Origin: Mobula hypostoma
Taxonomy: Eukaryota
Direction of reading: 5' to 3'
Length of the DNA stretch: 64,000 nt
Assembly: GCF_963921235.1 (NCBI RefSeq)
Contig: NC_086118.1
Location: 15,006,001 to 15,070,000, forward strand
Part shown: positions 51,632 to 63,895 of the stretch, piece after piece
Layout: the number at the start of each line of letters is the position of its first letter
Position numbering within the stretch: the first letter of the stretch is position 1
Notes under the pieces: generated by a model
Databases searched by the model: none
Told to the model about the DNA's origin: nothing
The model's input: the letters and a program-made list of their open reading frames with translations, nothing else
Made by a program: the position numbers and the translations under genes

Positions 51632-53959
51632 CGATGTTCCCTCCAGGGTGTGCAGCAAAGGAGCTGAGAAGCGGACCTCAAAGGTAGTAATCGCAGGATT
51701 ACTGCCTGTGCCACGAGAGAGTATAAGAATAGAGTGAGGTAGAGGATAAACGCGTGGCTGAGGGATTGGAGCAGAGGTCAAGGATTCAGATTTCTGGATC
51801 ACTGGGACCTCTTTCGAGGCAGGCGTAAGCTGCACAAAAATGACCGGTTGCACTTGAGTCCAAAGGGGACCAATATCCTGGCAGGGAGGTTTCCTAAGGC
51901 TATTCGGGAGAGCTTAAACTAGAATTGCTGGGGGTTGGAAACTGAACTGAAGAGATGGAGGAAGGGGCATTTGGGTCAATAGAGAAAGCTTCTAGGCAGG
52001 GTGAGGAGAATAGGCAGGTGATAGAGAAGGGATGCACTCAGACTGATGGCTTGAGATGTGTCTATTTTAATGCAAGAAGCATCATGAACAAATTGGATGA
52101 GCTTAAGAGTATGGATCAGTACACGGAGCTATGATGTTGTAGCCATTACAGTGACTTGGATGACTCAAGGGTAGGAATGGTTACTTAACACGCCAGGCTT
52201 TATATGTTTCAGAAAGGACAGGGAGGGAGGCAAAAGAGGTGGGGGCGTGGCACTGCTGATCAGAGATAATGTCATGGCTGCAGAAAAGGAGGAAGTCATG
52301 GAGAGATTGTCTACTGATCCTCTGTGGGTGGAGGTTAGGAACAGGAAGGGGTCAATAACTCTACTGGGTGTTTTCTACAGACCTCCAAATAGTAACAGGG
52401 ACATTGAGGAGCAGATAGGGAGACGGATTCTGGAAAGGTACAATAATAACAGGGTCGTCGTGGTGGGAGATTTTAATTTCCCAAATATTGATCAGCATTT
52501 GCATAGAGCAAGGGGTTTAGATGGGGTGGAGTTTGTTGGGTGTGCTCAGGAAGGCTTCCTGACACAATATGTAGATAAGCATACAAGAGGAGCAGCTGTA
52601 CTTGATCTGGTATTGAGAAATGAACCTGGTCACGTGTCAGGTCTCTCAGTGGGTGAGCATTTTGGAGATAGTGATCATAATTCTATCTCTTTTATCATGG
52701 CATTGGAGAGGGATAGGAACAGACAAGTAAGGAAAGCGTTTAATTGGAGTAAGGGGAAATATGAAGCTATCAGGCAGGAACTTGGAAGTATAAATTGGGA
52801 ACAGATGTTCTCAAGGAAATGTACAGCAGAAGTGTGGCAAATGTTCAGGAGATATTAGCGTGGAGTTCTGCATTGGTACATTCAAATGAGACAGGGAAAG
52901 GATGGTAGGGTACAGGAACCGTGATTTACAAAGACTGTTGAAAATCTAGTCAAGAAGAGAAGAAAAGCTTATGAAAGGTTTAAAAAACTATGTAATGATA
53001 GAGATCTAGAAAATTATATGGCTAGCAGGAAGGAGCTTAAGAATGAAATTAGGAGAGCCAGAAAGGGCCATGAGATGGCCTTGGCAAGCAGGATTAAGGA
53101 AAATTCCAAGGCATTCTACAAGTATGTGAAGAGCAAGAGGATAAGATGTGAAAGAATAGGACCAAACAAGTGTGACAGTGGAAAAGTGTGTGTGGAACCG
53201 GAGGAGATAGCGGAGGTACTTAATGAATACTTTGCTTCAGTATTCACTACGGAAAAGGACCTTGGCAATTGTAGGGATGACTTACAGTGGACTGAAAAGC
53301 TTGAGCATATAGACATTAGGAAAGAGGATGTGCTGGAGCTTTTGCAAAGCATCAAGTTGGATAAGTGACCTGGACCAGACAAGATATACCCCAGGCTACT
53401 GTGGGAGGCAAGGGAGGAGATTGCTGATCCTTTGGCAATGATCTTTGCATCATCAATGGGTTCTGGAGAGGTTCTAGATGAGGATGAGAGGTGACCTGAT
53501 AGAAGTGTATAAGATCATGAGAGGCATTGATCATGTGGATAGTCAAAGGCTTTTTCCCAGGCCTGAAATGGCTAACATGAGAGGGCACAGTTTTAAGGTG
53601 CTTGGAAGTAAGTACAGAGGAGATGTTGGGGCAAGTTTTTTTTTTACACAGAGGGTGGTGAGTGCATGGAATGGGCTGCCAGCAATGGTGGTGGAGGCAG
53701 ATACGATAGGGTCTTTTAAGAGGCTTCTGGATAGGTACATAGAGATTTGAAAAATAGAGGACTATGGGTAACCCTAGGTAATTTCTAAAATAAGTACATG
53801 TTCGGCACAGCATCATGGGCCAAAGGGCCTGTATTGTGCTATAGGTTTTCTAAGTTTCTATGAATTATTCAGTGCGCACATGTTGTTGTCACTAGGCAAA
53901 AAATTTCGCAGCACAAGATTCTTGTGCACACTGGTCATTACAAATTGCTGGGAACATTA
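51632..53959. mobile_element. hAT MITE termini bracketing a CR1 insertion
   Basis: CGATGTTCCC at 51632 and GGGAACATTA ending at 53959. 8-bp flanks GCCGTAAG / GCTGTAAT. Confidence 0.6.
51654..53862 (+). mobile_element. CR1 LINE: ORF1 C-terminus (SGNH esterase-like), ORF2 APE endonuclease, RT deleted, intact 3' end
   Basis: SKVVIAGLLPVPR..GFRFLDHW..DRLHLSPKGTNILAGRF; CVYFNARSI, GVFYRPPNS, VVGDFNFPNID, LDLVL, GDSDHN. Jumps at ~53478 to RGDLIEVYKIM. Confidence 0.92.
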
Positions 53960-55249
53960 GCTGTAATGGCTTTTTCCTGTGGAGCCTCTGGGCCTGCTGT
54001 ACCAAGATTTAGTGCTTGCCTCGGCCTGTAGTCCTGCATTAGGAAATATTCATTTGTGGACAACACCTTGCTCTGAAACATCAGCAAGTTTTCCAAATGT
54101 CTGTGTATTTTCTCACAGGAGGGAAAGATTAAACTTAGCAGCCAGACAGCAAATGTAGAGGGAAGTAGACAGTTGACATTTTTGGTAGAGGCACTTCAAC
54201 TCTCCTCTCTCACCTCCACCGATATCCAGTATCTTTCCCTCCCCCACTTCCCTGCCCGACAACAACACACACCTCTTTGTAGGTCCCCTTCTTCCTCTCA
54301 GCACTCCGTTTTCCACACACGCACATTTTTCAGAGAGTTGACAAACTTTGGACAGCAATTGATGAAGCAGTTGGTTCTAATTTTGTTCCTTCTTGTATAG
54401 TTTATGTTTTTTTTTCTCTTCTGTATGCTGTGCAAATAATGCTATGTGCATAGACATACTTGTGCATATCACAATAAACATAACTTGACATATCTCAGGG
54501 CTCTGTCCAGAATGAACCACTCCATCTTTTTTCCAAAACCTCTTGGTAAATCCACAAACCAGAAGGTTCCCTTACTTTGATCTGAAACTAAAAACCCATT
54601 CTTTATGTCAGAACTCACCTCCACCATAACTACCTTGAGGACAGCATGGAGTGGGATTAAGACTCTAAGCTTCACTTTGGCCAGAAATTTTATCCAAGTC
54701 TTGATGCATGCTCAGGTTCTCCTGAACCATATTCTCTTCACCTTTGGTCAATAAGACCTCAAGGTGAAGTGGACAAAGGATCAGCTAGATCAAGTGCAAA
54801 AGAACTTGACCTTGGGTCTCGGCCTGAAACGTCGACTGTACCTCTTCCTATAGATGCTGCCTGGCCTGCTGCGTTCACCAGCAACTTTGATGTGTGACCT
54901 TGTTTTCACCTGTGATTTACTCAGAGCTTAGTTCAATCGACTGCTCATCAATTTACAGACAGACTTTGGGTTCGTGCAACATACAATCATGTTATCCCCG
55001 TTCAGAGACACATTGACCTAATGCTTCCACGGTATGGGATAGTCATTACTTGTATGTCTGCATGTCTGCTGGATACACAAATAGACTTGATACAAGTTAG
55101 AGGAAAGGGCAACTTCTCCAGATTTGATTCAGAACTTTTCTTTTCTTATCCATTAATTTGGACTAGGTAACTCAGTTTAGAGAGGGTCGAACCAACAGTA
55201 CTTTCCGTTCCCAAACCACATGTTGGGAAGTATGCCTATTATTTTGGGT

Positions 55250-55555
55250 GGTGGGGTGTTGATACATCTCTACCAAAGGAAGTGTAAGGCGCTCCTTCCC
55301 TCTGGTAGCCAACAGCCTGGAGGTCACCCTTGGGCAAGGTGTAGCACCTGCTTTGCCCCTTGATCAGGGTCACATGAAGCCATGGGAGCAGGTGCATATC
55401 ACAAATCCTCATTATGTGACACTGACACCAGGCAGACAATCTCTGAAGAGTATTGATAATGGCTGGGATCACCCATCTTGAAAAGACATTGCCCAGAAGA
55501 AGGCAATAGCAAACCACTTCTGTAGAAAAATTTGCCAGGAACAATCATGGTCATT
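55250..55555 (+). mobile_element. SINE-like repeat with an RTE-type 3' tail
   Basis: GAAGAAGGCAATAGCAAACCACTTCTGTA..TTGCC..AA resembles the RTE/BovB-family 3' stem-loop used by RTE-dependent SINEs. Confidence 0.5.
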
Positions 55556-56082
55556 ATGTACTTTGAACTGAATTGACTTTATTTCTCACATCCTTCACAT
55601 CCATGAGGAGTAAAAATCTTTACATTACATGAGTGACATCGTGTCTGAGGCTTCCTGGTACAATTATTCAGCAACTGTCCACGCCCCTAGCCAGCAGTAC
55701 ATAAGATACAGGTACAGTACCACTCTGAACTGGGGAGTCACCAGCTCTAGAGCAGATTTGACTCAACTAGTGAACACCTGGAATAAAATTTTGTAATACA
55801 CATTATGCAGTGGGATGCATTGCCAGTCTCTAATCCTCTTTCCTCCCCATTTAGATTAGAGTGACAATGCCTTTACTATTAGTGCAAGGGAGAGAAGTTG
55901 CAGAACAAAGCTAATGGTCAGTACTTTAATTTGAAAATGTTATCTTCAACCAGCCTGAGGTTAGGTATTTATCCTTTTACCCTGCCCGTGAATGGAAGAA
56001 TAAACAGGGTGTGGATTCAGAAAACGTCTGCTGCTTGAAAGCTAATAGATTATATTAACAGATTCAATTTTATTTTATTAAC

Positions 56083-57790
56083 AGGTTCGAAGCCTGGATT
56101 TACCAGCATGGCATCCTACTCCGAATCCCATGGCCGTTACTGGTATACGAGGTGCCTGTGACAACTGTGGAATTGCTCGAGAGAAAGGTCAGTAACTACC
56201 TTCGAAGGTGGCTGGGCCTACCTCGTAGTCTGAGCGGCGCTGCACTGTACGGAAGGTGCAATAAGCTGCGACTTCCCTTCAGCAGCCCGGACGAGGAGTT
56301 CAGGGTTTCCCACCTGAAGCACCTTCAATAACTCCAAAAGACTGAAGTTGGGTAAAATACTGAAAGGCCTTTATTCGCTGTATAATACGACCTCCATGGT
56401 GAGTGTCTGCCCCCAGCCTGAGGGGGAGGGACAAGGCGAAATCACCTTTATATGGGAATCTGTGGGAGGAGCCACAGGGGCAGTCAGCAGAGGGGCGTGT
56501 CCAGACAGTTAACCCAGTTACAACATATATACATGGTTTACCACACCGCACAAGAGAGGTGCTGCAGTACGGGGATTCCAAGGACCCTGAAGTGGCACAA
56601 GCAGGCATCCAGGCACAGACCGGCAGGAAGTGGAAGGCACAGGAAGGGCTGGTGGTAACAGAATCCCTACTGAGACACAGGGCTCTGGTGGGGACAGTGT
56701 CAACTGGGCAAGCGGAGCTGGGCTCTGTTTCACACCCTCGCTATGAAGCAAGGACAGATGCCAACGAGTCCTGGAGGAAGTGCGGCCTGGCATTGAAGAG
56801 GAGAGGAATAGCAGGATGGTGGGTATGTGGCAGCAGGAAGCATGGACAAGGTGGGAAGGTGCGCTGGAGCAGAGCATCTCCTGGTCTGACATCTGGCAGG
56901 CAGAACCCCAGCGCATTAGATTTATGATCCAGGCTGTCTATGATGTCTTGCCAAGCCCTGCAAACCTCCATGTCTGGGGCAACAGCGATACACCAGCATG
57001 TCCTCTCTGTCCAGGAAGAGGAACACTGGAGCACATCCTTATCAGCTGCCCTAAAGCCTTGGGGGAAGGTCGCTACCGGTGGTGTCATGACCAGGTGTTG
57101 AAGGCAGTGGCAGAGAGCATTGCGATGGCCATGACCACCAGCAAACAGAGTGGTCAGAGGAAGAACATCTCCTTTGTTAGAGCCGGAGCATAGCCCCTAC
57201 ATCAGCCCAGACCAGCGTCATCATCGGGCCTGCTTAGCACCGCATCAGATTGGCTGCTTCAAGTTGACCTGGGGAGGCAGCTGAAGTTTCCCAACCACAT
57301 AGCAACAACTTTACCGAGACCGGATGTGGTCCTTTCTTCAGTGTCCTCGAAGCAGGTTGTCCTCATCGAGTTGACAGTTCACTGGGAGGACCGCACTAAG
57401 GAGGCAAATGAGCGGAAGCGGGCCAAGTACTAGGAGCTGGTGGAGCAGTGCTGGAGGCAAGGCTGGAGGGCTCACTGCCAGCCCATCGAAGTGGGGTGCA
57501 GGGGTTTTTCCAGCCACTCACTCTGCAGAGTTGACACCCTACTTGGCCTCACCGGGGCTGGCAAGAGAAAAGCTATCAGGACCATCACAGAGGCCACTGA
57601 GAGAGCCTCCAGATGGTTATGGATCAGAAGGGGTGATCCGTGGGCCAACGTTGCTGGGACACAAGCTGGGATCTGATCAACCCCGGCTGGGTCGCCTGGG
57701 CGAGGGTGTATGATGTTCAAAGACCCGGAACACCCGACGACCCCAGGTTACATCACTCCCAGCACATCCGCAGCATGTATCTCAGAATCA
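56083..57790 (+). mobile_element. HERO-clade (R2-group, restriction-like endonuclease) non-LTR retrotransposon, 5'-truncated, with stops and frameshifts
   Basis: AWIYQHGIL.RI.WPLLVYEVP, RRWLGLPRSLS, TGRKW, YDVLPSPANL, CCHC knuckle CPLCPGRGTLEHILISC, RYRWCHDQVL, nuclease RPDVVL..IELTVHWE..ERKRAKY. Stop at 57676. Confidence 0.88.
56315..56545 (-). mobile_element. Solo LTR (~230 bp) inserted in the HERO ORF
   Basis: TG..CA termini. Minus-strand TATAAA (56447-56452) and AATAAA (56370-56375). Splits EEFRVS|RTREVLQY. CACC is duplicated at 56311-56314 and 56544-56547 if the end is 56543. Confidence 0.82.
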
Positions 57791-58739
57791 CAAGTCACTT
57801 TCAAACCATTTTTTTTAAAAATGACCTAAACTAAAGGAACCAAAATAGAAATATTGCTTGTTATCACTGATATGGCAGCGAGAAAGAAAAAAAATAAATC
57901 TTATTAACTTTTGTGACCAAGAGGACCCACAGTTATTTAGTTAATGTACCATTTTAGCAAATAAATTTAATTTTGCATTGTTAATTGAACAGAAAGTACA
58001 AGCGATGGAACTGTGGTTTCCAGTACAAAACACCACACACTTAAGATCCATAAAAAAATAAATAAATTTTCATCATCTCCTGAGTTCAGAAAAGTTGAGG
58101 TGGGTTATTGAACAATACTTATAAAAAGCAAAAGACTTCAGTTTTGTAAATTTATTGTATGATTGAATTTACTTTCTGATACTAAAATAGTGAAAATAAG
58201 GCAATAAAATTGCTTAAGTGTTGGCCCTAGAATTGAGATTGTGGGCCCTACTGATATTTGAATTACTGACAGGTGAAAATCTATGGTGGCAAATTTCTGA
58301 CAGTAATGACAAAAGTTTCCTTGTTCTGGATCAGCTGACTGCCAAACTGGCATAAGACTCTCCCTACAACCAGAGTAAAAATTGCTGTTTTGACCACAGC
58401 AGCATCTGTAGAATTATATTAAAGGAAAGACACGACAGACTCCTATTAGACTTTCTGACATTTTAACAGGCAGAGGGAACCACTGGCCTTGATTTTAATT
58501 ACACATTTGTCAGGTGGGTAAAGTGGAAAGCAAGTTTTTACTTCCACTGAAGGTATCTGGCTGGGCAAATTGTGGGATATCCATGAATATGATTTCATTA
58601 ATCTGTATTGACCTCCCACCCATTTCCAAAGTTGAACATGGGATGGCAATAAACCAATGACCCTCTGACCTCATGCAACATGCACCTGCTGTTTCTCCCC
58701 CATCCTAACCTCATGAAGTACTGTGATACAAAGATTAAA

Positions 58740-59085
58740 TCATGAGACTAGTGGTTAGAGTTCTGATCCACTGATGCAGAGACTTAAACTTGAATCCCAC
58801 CAAAGTAGCAAGACAATTTAAATTTGAGTGATTATTAAATTTCTCTGAAATAACAACAAAAGCTACTCTCATTAATGGTAACCTGAAAACTACTAGATTG
58901 ACTTGCCTGATTCAATAGTAGCTTTCAGAGAAGTAAATCTGCACTTCATTCCAAGCCCGGCCTATATGTGACTCCAGTCCCACCCACATGATTAACTCTG
59001 ACGGGCCTCCTCACCTCTGGAGTGGTCAGGGATGGACAAGAAATACCAGCAATGCAAGTGGCATCACACCTTTTGAATGAACAAA
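58740..59085 (+). mobile_element. Old SINE with a tRNA-like head and L2-type tail
   Basis: ctagtggtta..ttgaatcccacc head; agggatggacaagaaataccagc..gaatgaa tail. Reverse tail remnant at ~50635-50790. Confidence 0.55.
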
Positions 59086-61559
59086 TATGAAAAGCAACAG
59101 CTTCTTCCACCTAAGGCTGGGAGCAGTAGGATTCCTTAATTAGCTTCAGGTTTGCCAGTATAAAACCTATTTTTAAACTACAGAGACATTTTTACCTATA
59201 AACCCATTAGTTTCTTTTTTTCTTAGAGAAGCCAGTACAGATTTGGGCTTGCCTTTCTCTTTGATTAGCTGTGCTTCATGCTCCAAGTTCACTTGAAACA
59301 GACTGTTCATGTTCCAGACCCTGGTGAGATTTTGAAATCACTGTAAAATATCAAATACACATTCTAAGTAGTAAATGTGTTATTTTATTAATTTATAATC
59401 AGCCAAAAACACTAATATTTTAGTAACAATCTATAATTTTTAGATTTAAAAATCAGTGGTTCAGAATTTCTAATTATGTAACATTTTAAAAAATGAATTT
59501 ATCGCTATATCTGGAACTAGAGTGAAGATGTTGATGGATCCTAGCCCTGATCGACACAGGACAAGTTCACTATAGCTATTGCTAATTGTCATGTGATGTT
59601 TCTCAGCTTTGTGAGTAGTCATTGAACTCTGGGTCAGATGCTCAAGGGACTTGAACATACTGGACTGATTTCAGATAGCAAAACTTTGTGGAAGGAAAAC
59701 AAATGCTAATTGGTAACACTTCTTAGCTCATCATGCTTCTAATGTGCGCCAAACATGAATGGTCAGATGTGGACACAGCCATCTTTCTGCTCCATCAATG
59801 GATTCACTATCAGGCTCAGGCAGCTGGCTTGGTCAAAGTTGATCCTGCTTAGTATCTAGTGCGATGCTACACACTCTGTTTCAGCAAGACGTCATTACAT
59901 CTGCTATCTTAGGAAGGTGTAATGACAAATTGAAAATGTTCAGTTTGTCAAAGAGCCATCAAGCATGGAAATACACCCTTTGGTTCATGTTGACCATTGT
60001 TACATTCATTGTACCCTACCCTCGTCTGTCCAACCACATTCTTGTAAAATGTCCCTAGGCTCTACCACTCACCTACACAAACTATCAACCCGCTGTCGAA
60101 GCTATCCCCAGAGGCCCAGGATATAAATAGCTCAGCATACTTTTCTCCTCCATGCGATGCTTAAGTGGATAATGAAGACAAAGCATTAAAAATTACAGTT
60201 GCCCTTATCTGGCTGTCCTGTCATACCGAACACCATACAAAGGCCTGAGTCGGAATGGTGTACAATGCAGAGGAGAAGCAAGGAATGTTTCACATTTATT
60301 TTTCGGTCCTACTGATAAATTTGAAAGTTATGAAACATATTGCAATTGGACACTTCTACCAAAACAGCACTTCTCATCGCATGTCAGATGGCTAGTGCTG
60401 ATAGTCTGACATTGGCAGAGCTAAACTATTGGCCAATCCAATCTGCTGATAAAATGAGTTTGGCGTTTGTGCCAATTACACCATGAAGCAGAAATATCTC
60501 TAATTTTCCTGCTTGGAATGCAAGGTGGCTTTTGTTCCTTCTAACCTGTTGTATCAGACATTATTGTTTAAGGTAAGATGTATAGGAGTCTGAAAATAAC
60601 CCACATCTCATCATTAGACAATAATGCTGTAAAACCAGATTACTGATTATTTATAGGTTTGTATTTTGTAAGTGTGTAAAAGCAAGAGGACAACCATCAC
60701 TGCTTGATGTTAGTTGTCTGTGAGCATTCAGAGAAAATGCTGCTACATGTAGGCAAAACAGAGGAGATAACAAACGTCTCAACAATTTGAAGCCACATGC
60801 AGCAGGACTTTAATTCACAACTGTTTGAAATGTTTAGTAAAGTTGAATCAAATTGATTCCATTTTAACAAACTGAGTTCTTTCCAGCTTTACTCCCAAAC
60901 AAGAACCTCAATGGAAAGCAAAAAGAATAACCCTATGATTTCTGTTCAAAACAAGGAAGCTTACAAAGCATTTGGAACATGACAAATGAATAACATTTTT
61001 ATAAGAAGATATGAATTTATGTCTCCACATGCTTTCTTAACAAATGATTACAGAAAAGCAACCCAATTTGAGGTTGTAATGTGTCTCAAACCAGATATGT
61101 CTGATGACTAATAACTGTTGCTTGACTGTAGGTTTATCCTTTGCCACTAAAATGACTCAATCTGAACACAGTTTTGCCTCCTTGACCCTGTTCAATTGTA
61201 ACATAAAAACTGCAGATATTAGAAATCTGAAAAATGAAAACACAAGATCTTGGAAACACTCAATATACCAAACAGCAACAGGGAGAGAGAAACGGTTAAC
61301 ATTTCAGGCCATTGACTGGAAAGCAATTAACTTTGTTTCTCACACCACAGTTGCTATCTGATCTGCTGGGGTCTTTCAGACCTTTGCGTTTTTTTTAAAA
61401 TAATTTCTTTACAAATGCCATGCACTCAATTGAATTTTTTGTTCCCCATACCAGGCAATAAAATGGGTCAGAGTTATTGAACAGTGGTAATGCGTCTTGT
61501 TTTGAAAATGGAACAGTTACCATTGATGGCAATTGTATTTCCAACATTTGCGCACATTA

Positions 61560-62100
61560 AAGTGTATCCAATGCAGCCTCCTCTACATTGGTGAGACCCG
61601 TCTTAAATTGGGGGATCACTTCATAGAGCACCTCCGCTCCATCTGCCACAAGCGGGACCTTCCAGTGGCCGAACATTTTTAATTCCATTTCTGATTCCTG
61701 CTCCAACATGTCTGTCCATGGTCTCCTCTTATGCCAAGATGAGGCCACACTCAGGGTGGAGGAGCAACACCTTATATTCTTTCTGGGTAGCCTCCAACCT
61801 GATGGCAGCTGCATCTGGTAAACAAATTTCATGCCCCCCCCCCAACCTCACTCTGACCTTTTACTTCTTCTCACCTGCCTACTACTTCCCCTTGTGTCCC
61901 CTCCTCCTTCCCTTTCTCCTATATTCCACTCTCCTCTCCTCTCAGATTCCTTCTCCAACCCTTGACCTTTCCCGCCCACCTGGCTTCACCTATCACCTTC
62001 TAGCTAGCGTCCTTCCCTTCACCCCACCTTTTCATTCTGGCACCTTCCCCCTTTTAAGCCCAAAACATCGACTATCTATTCATTTCCATAGATGCTGCAG
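61560..62100 (+). mobile_element. Older PLE 3' fragment (GIY-YIG end plus UTR) directly upstream of the long PLE
   Basis: LLYIGETR..GDHFIEHLRS..DLPVA.HF..EEQHLIF.LGSLQPDG, then a pyrimidine-rich UTR and a decayed hammerhead remnant. Confidence 0.8.
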
Positions 62101-63520
62101 GGATACATCCCATGCCCTCCACCTCTTCAATAACTTCCAGTTCCCCGGTCCCAACCGCTTCATCTTCACTATGGATGTCCAATCCCTATACACCTCCATT
62201 CCCCATGAAGAAGGCCTCAAAGCCCTCCACTACTTTCTGGATAATAGACCTCACCAGTTCCCCACCACCACTACCCTCCTCCGGCTGGCGGAACTGGTTC
62301 TCACACTCAATAATTTCTCTTTTGGCTCTTTCCACTTTCTTCAGACCAAGGGTGTAGCTATGGGAACTCGTATGGGCCCTAGCTATGCCTGCCTCTTCGT
62401 TGGTTATGTGGAACAGTCTGTGCTCCAAACCTATTCTGGTGCTGCTCCCCGACTTTTCCTTCGGTACATTGACGACTACATTGGTGCTGCTTCCTGCACC
62501 CATGCTGAGCTCGTCAATCTCATCGACTTTACTTCTACTTCCACCCAGCCCTTAAAAATCACTTGGTCTATCTCAGACACTTTTCTCCCCTTTCTCGATC
62601 TCTCGGTCTCCATCTCTGGAGACAGACTGGCCACTGACATCTTCTACAAGCCCACTGATTCTCATAACTACCTCAACTATACCTCTTCCCACCCCGCCAC
62701 ATGCAAAAATGTCATTCCCTATTCCCAGTTCTTCCATCTCTGCCGCATCTGCTCCGAGGATGAGGTTTTCCGTTCCAGGACATCTCAAATGTCCTCTTTC
62801 TTTAAGGATCGTGGTTTCCTTTCTGTTGTCATCAATGATGCCCTCACCCGCATCTCCTCCATTTCCCGCACTTCAGCCCTCACCCCATCCTCCCGCCACC
62901 ACAACAGGGACAGAGTTCCCCTTGTCCTCACCTGCCACCCCACTAGCCTCCGGATCCAACACATTATCCTCCGCAACTTCTGCCACCTTCAACAGGACCC
63001 CACCACTAAGCACATCTTTCCCTCTCCACCCCTCTCCGCCTTCCACAGGGATCGGTCCCTCCGCGACTCCCTGGTCCACACGTCCCTCCCCATGCATCTC
63101 CCACCCGGCACTTATCCCTGTAAGCGCAAGTGCTACACCTGTCCCTACACCTCCTCTCTTGCCACCATTCAGGGCCCCAAACAGTACTTCCAAGTGAGGC
63201 AACAATTCACTTGTGAGTCTGTTGGGGTCATCTATTGCATCCGGTGCTCCCGGTGCGGCCTCCTCTACATCGGTGAAACCCGACGCAGTTTGGGGGACCA
63301 CTTCGTCGAGAACCTCCACTCCGTCCGCCACAACAGACAGGATCTCCCAGTAGCCACCCACTTCAACTCTGCTTCCCACTCCCATTCAGATATGTCCATA
63401 CATGGCCTCCTCTACTGCCATGATGAGGCTAAACTCAGGTTGGAGGAGCAACACCTCATATACCATCTAGGTAGTCTGCAGCCCCTTGGTATGAACATAG
63501 AATTCTCCAACTTCTGGTAA
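62101..63520 (+). CDS. PLE polyprotein, 5'-truncated: reverse transcriptase plus GIY-YIG endonuclease, stop-free
   Basis: FTMDVQSLYTSIP, QTKGVAMGTRMGPSYA, RYIDD, FLDL, YKPTD; C..C..C; VIYCIRCSRCGLLYIGET; LEEQHLIY.LGSLQP.GMN. Confidence 0.88.
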
Positions 63521-63895
63521 TTCCCTCTCCCTCCCTTCCCCTATCCCTATGTCACTCTGCCCCCTCCCCCAGCTGACTGCCACCTCCCTCTTGGTTCCGC
63601 CTCCTTCTACTACCATTTCTTGTATCCTTTCTTCGCTTTTCCTGCCTGTCGCCTCCCTGCTTCAATTCCCCTGCCCCTTTGTCTTTTCCCTTGCTGGTTT
63701 TTCACCTGGAACCTACCATCCTTCCCGCCCTCCCCCCACCTTCTTTATAGGGCCTCTGCCCCTTCCCCCTACAGTCCTGACGAAGGGTTCCGGCCCAAAA
63801 CATCGACCAATCTTTTCCACAGATGCTGCCCGACCTGCTGAGTTCCTCCAGCGTGTTGTGAGTGTTGCTTTGATCTGCTCCAGCATTTGCTTTGA
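63521..63895 (+). mobile_element. PLE 3' UTR/pLTR with a mutated hammerhead (63773-63808, GAAA->AAAA)
   Basis: cagtcctgacgaagggttccggcccaaaacatcgac..gatgctgcccgacctgctgagttcctccagc. Confidence 0.8.

Noticed and set aside
56066..56085. Acceptor-like ttttatttattaacag at the HERO 5' junction (exonisation)
   Set aside because: AT-rich flank with a weak pyrimidine tract; the downstream frame is broken by the LTR and stops.
60060..60080. Minus-strand AG|GTGAGT splice donor
   Set aside because: The context tgtgtaggtgagtggtaga resembles the V-SINE 3' part, and no coding exon lies upstream.
61718..62100. N-terminal ~128 aa of the 600-aa ORF as a real protein start
   Set aside because: It is out-of-frame GIY-YIG sequence plus the pyrimidine-rich UTR of an upstream PLE fragment. 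The fusion with the RT frame is incidental.
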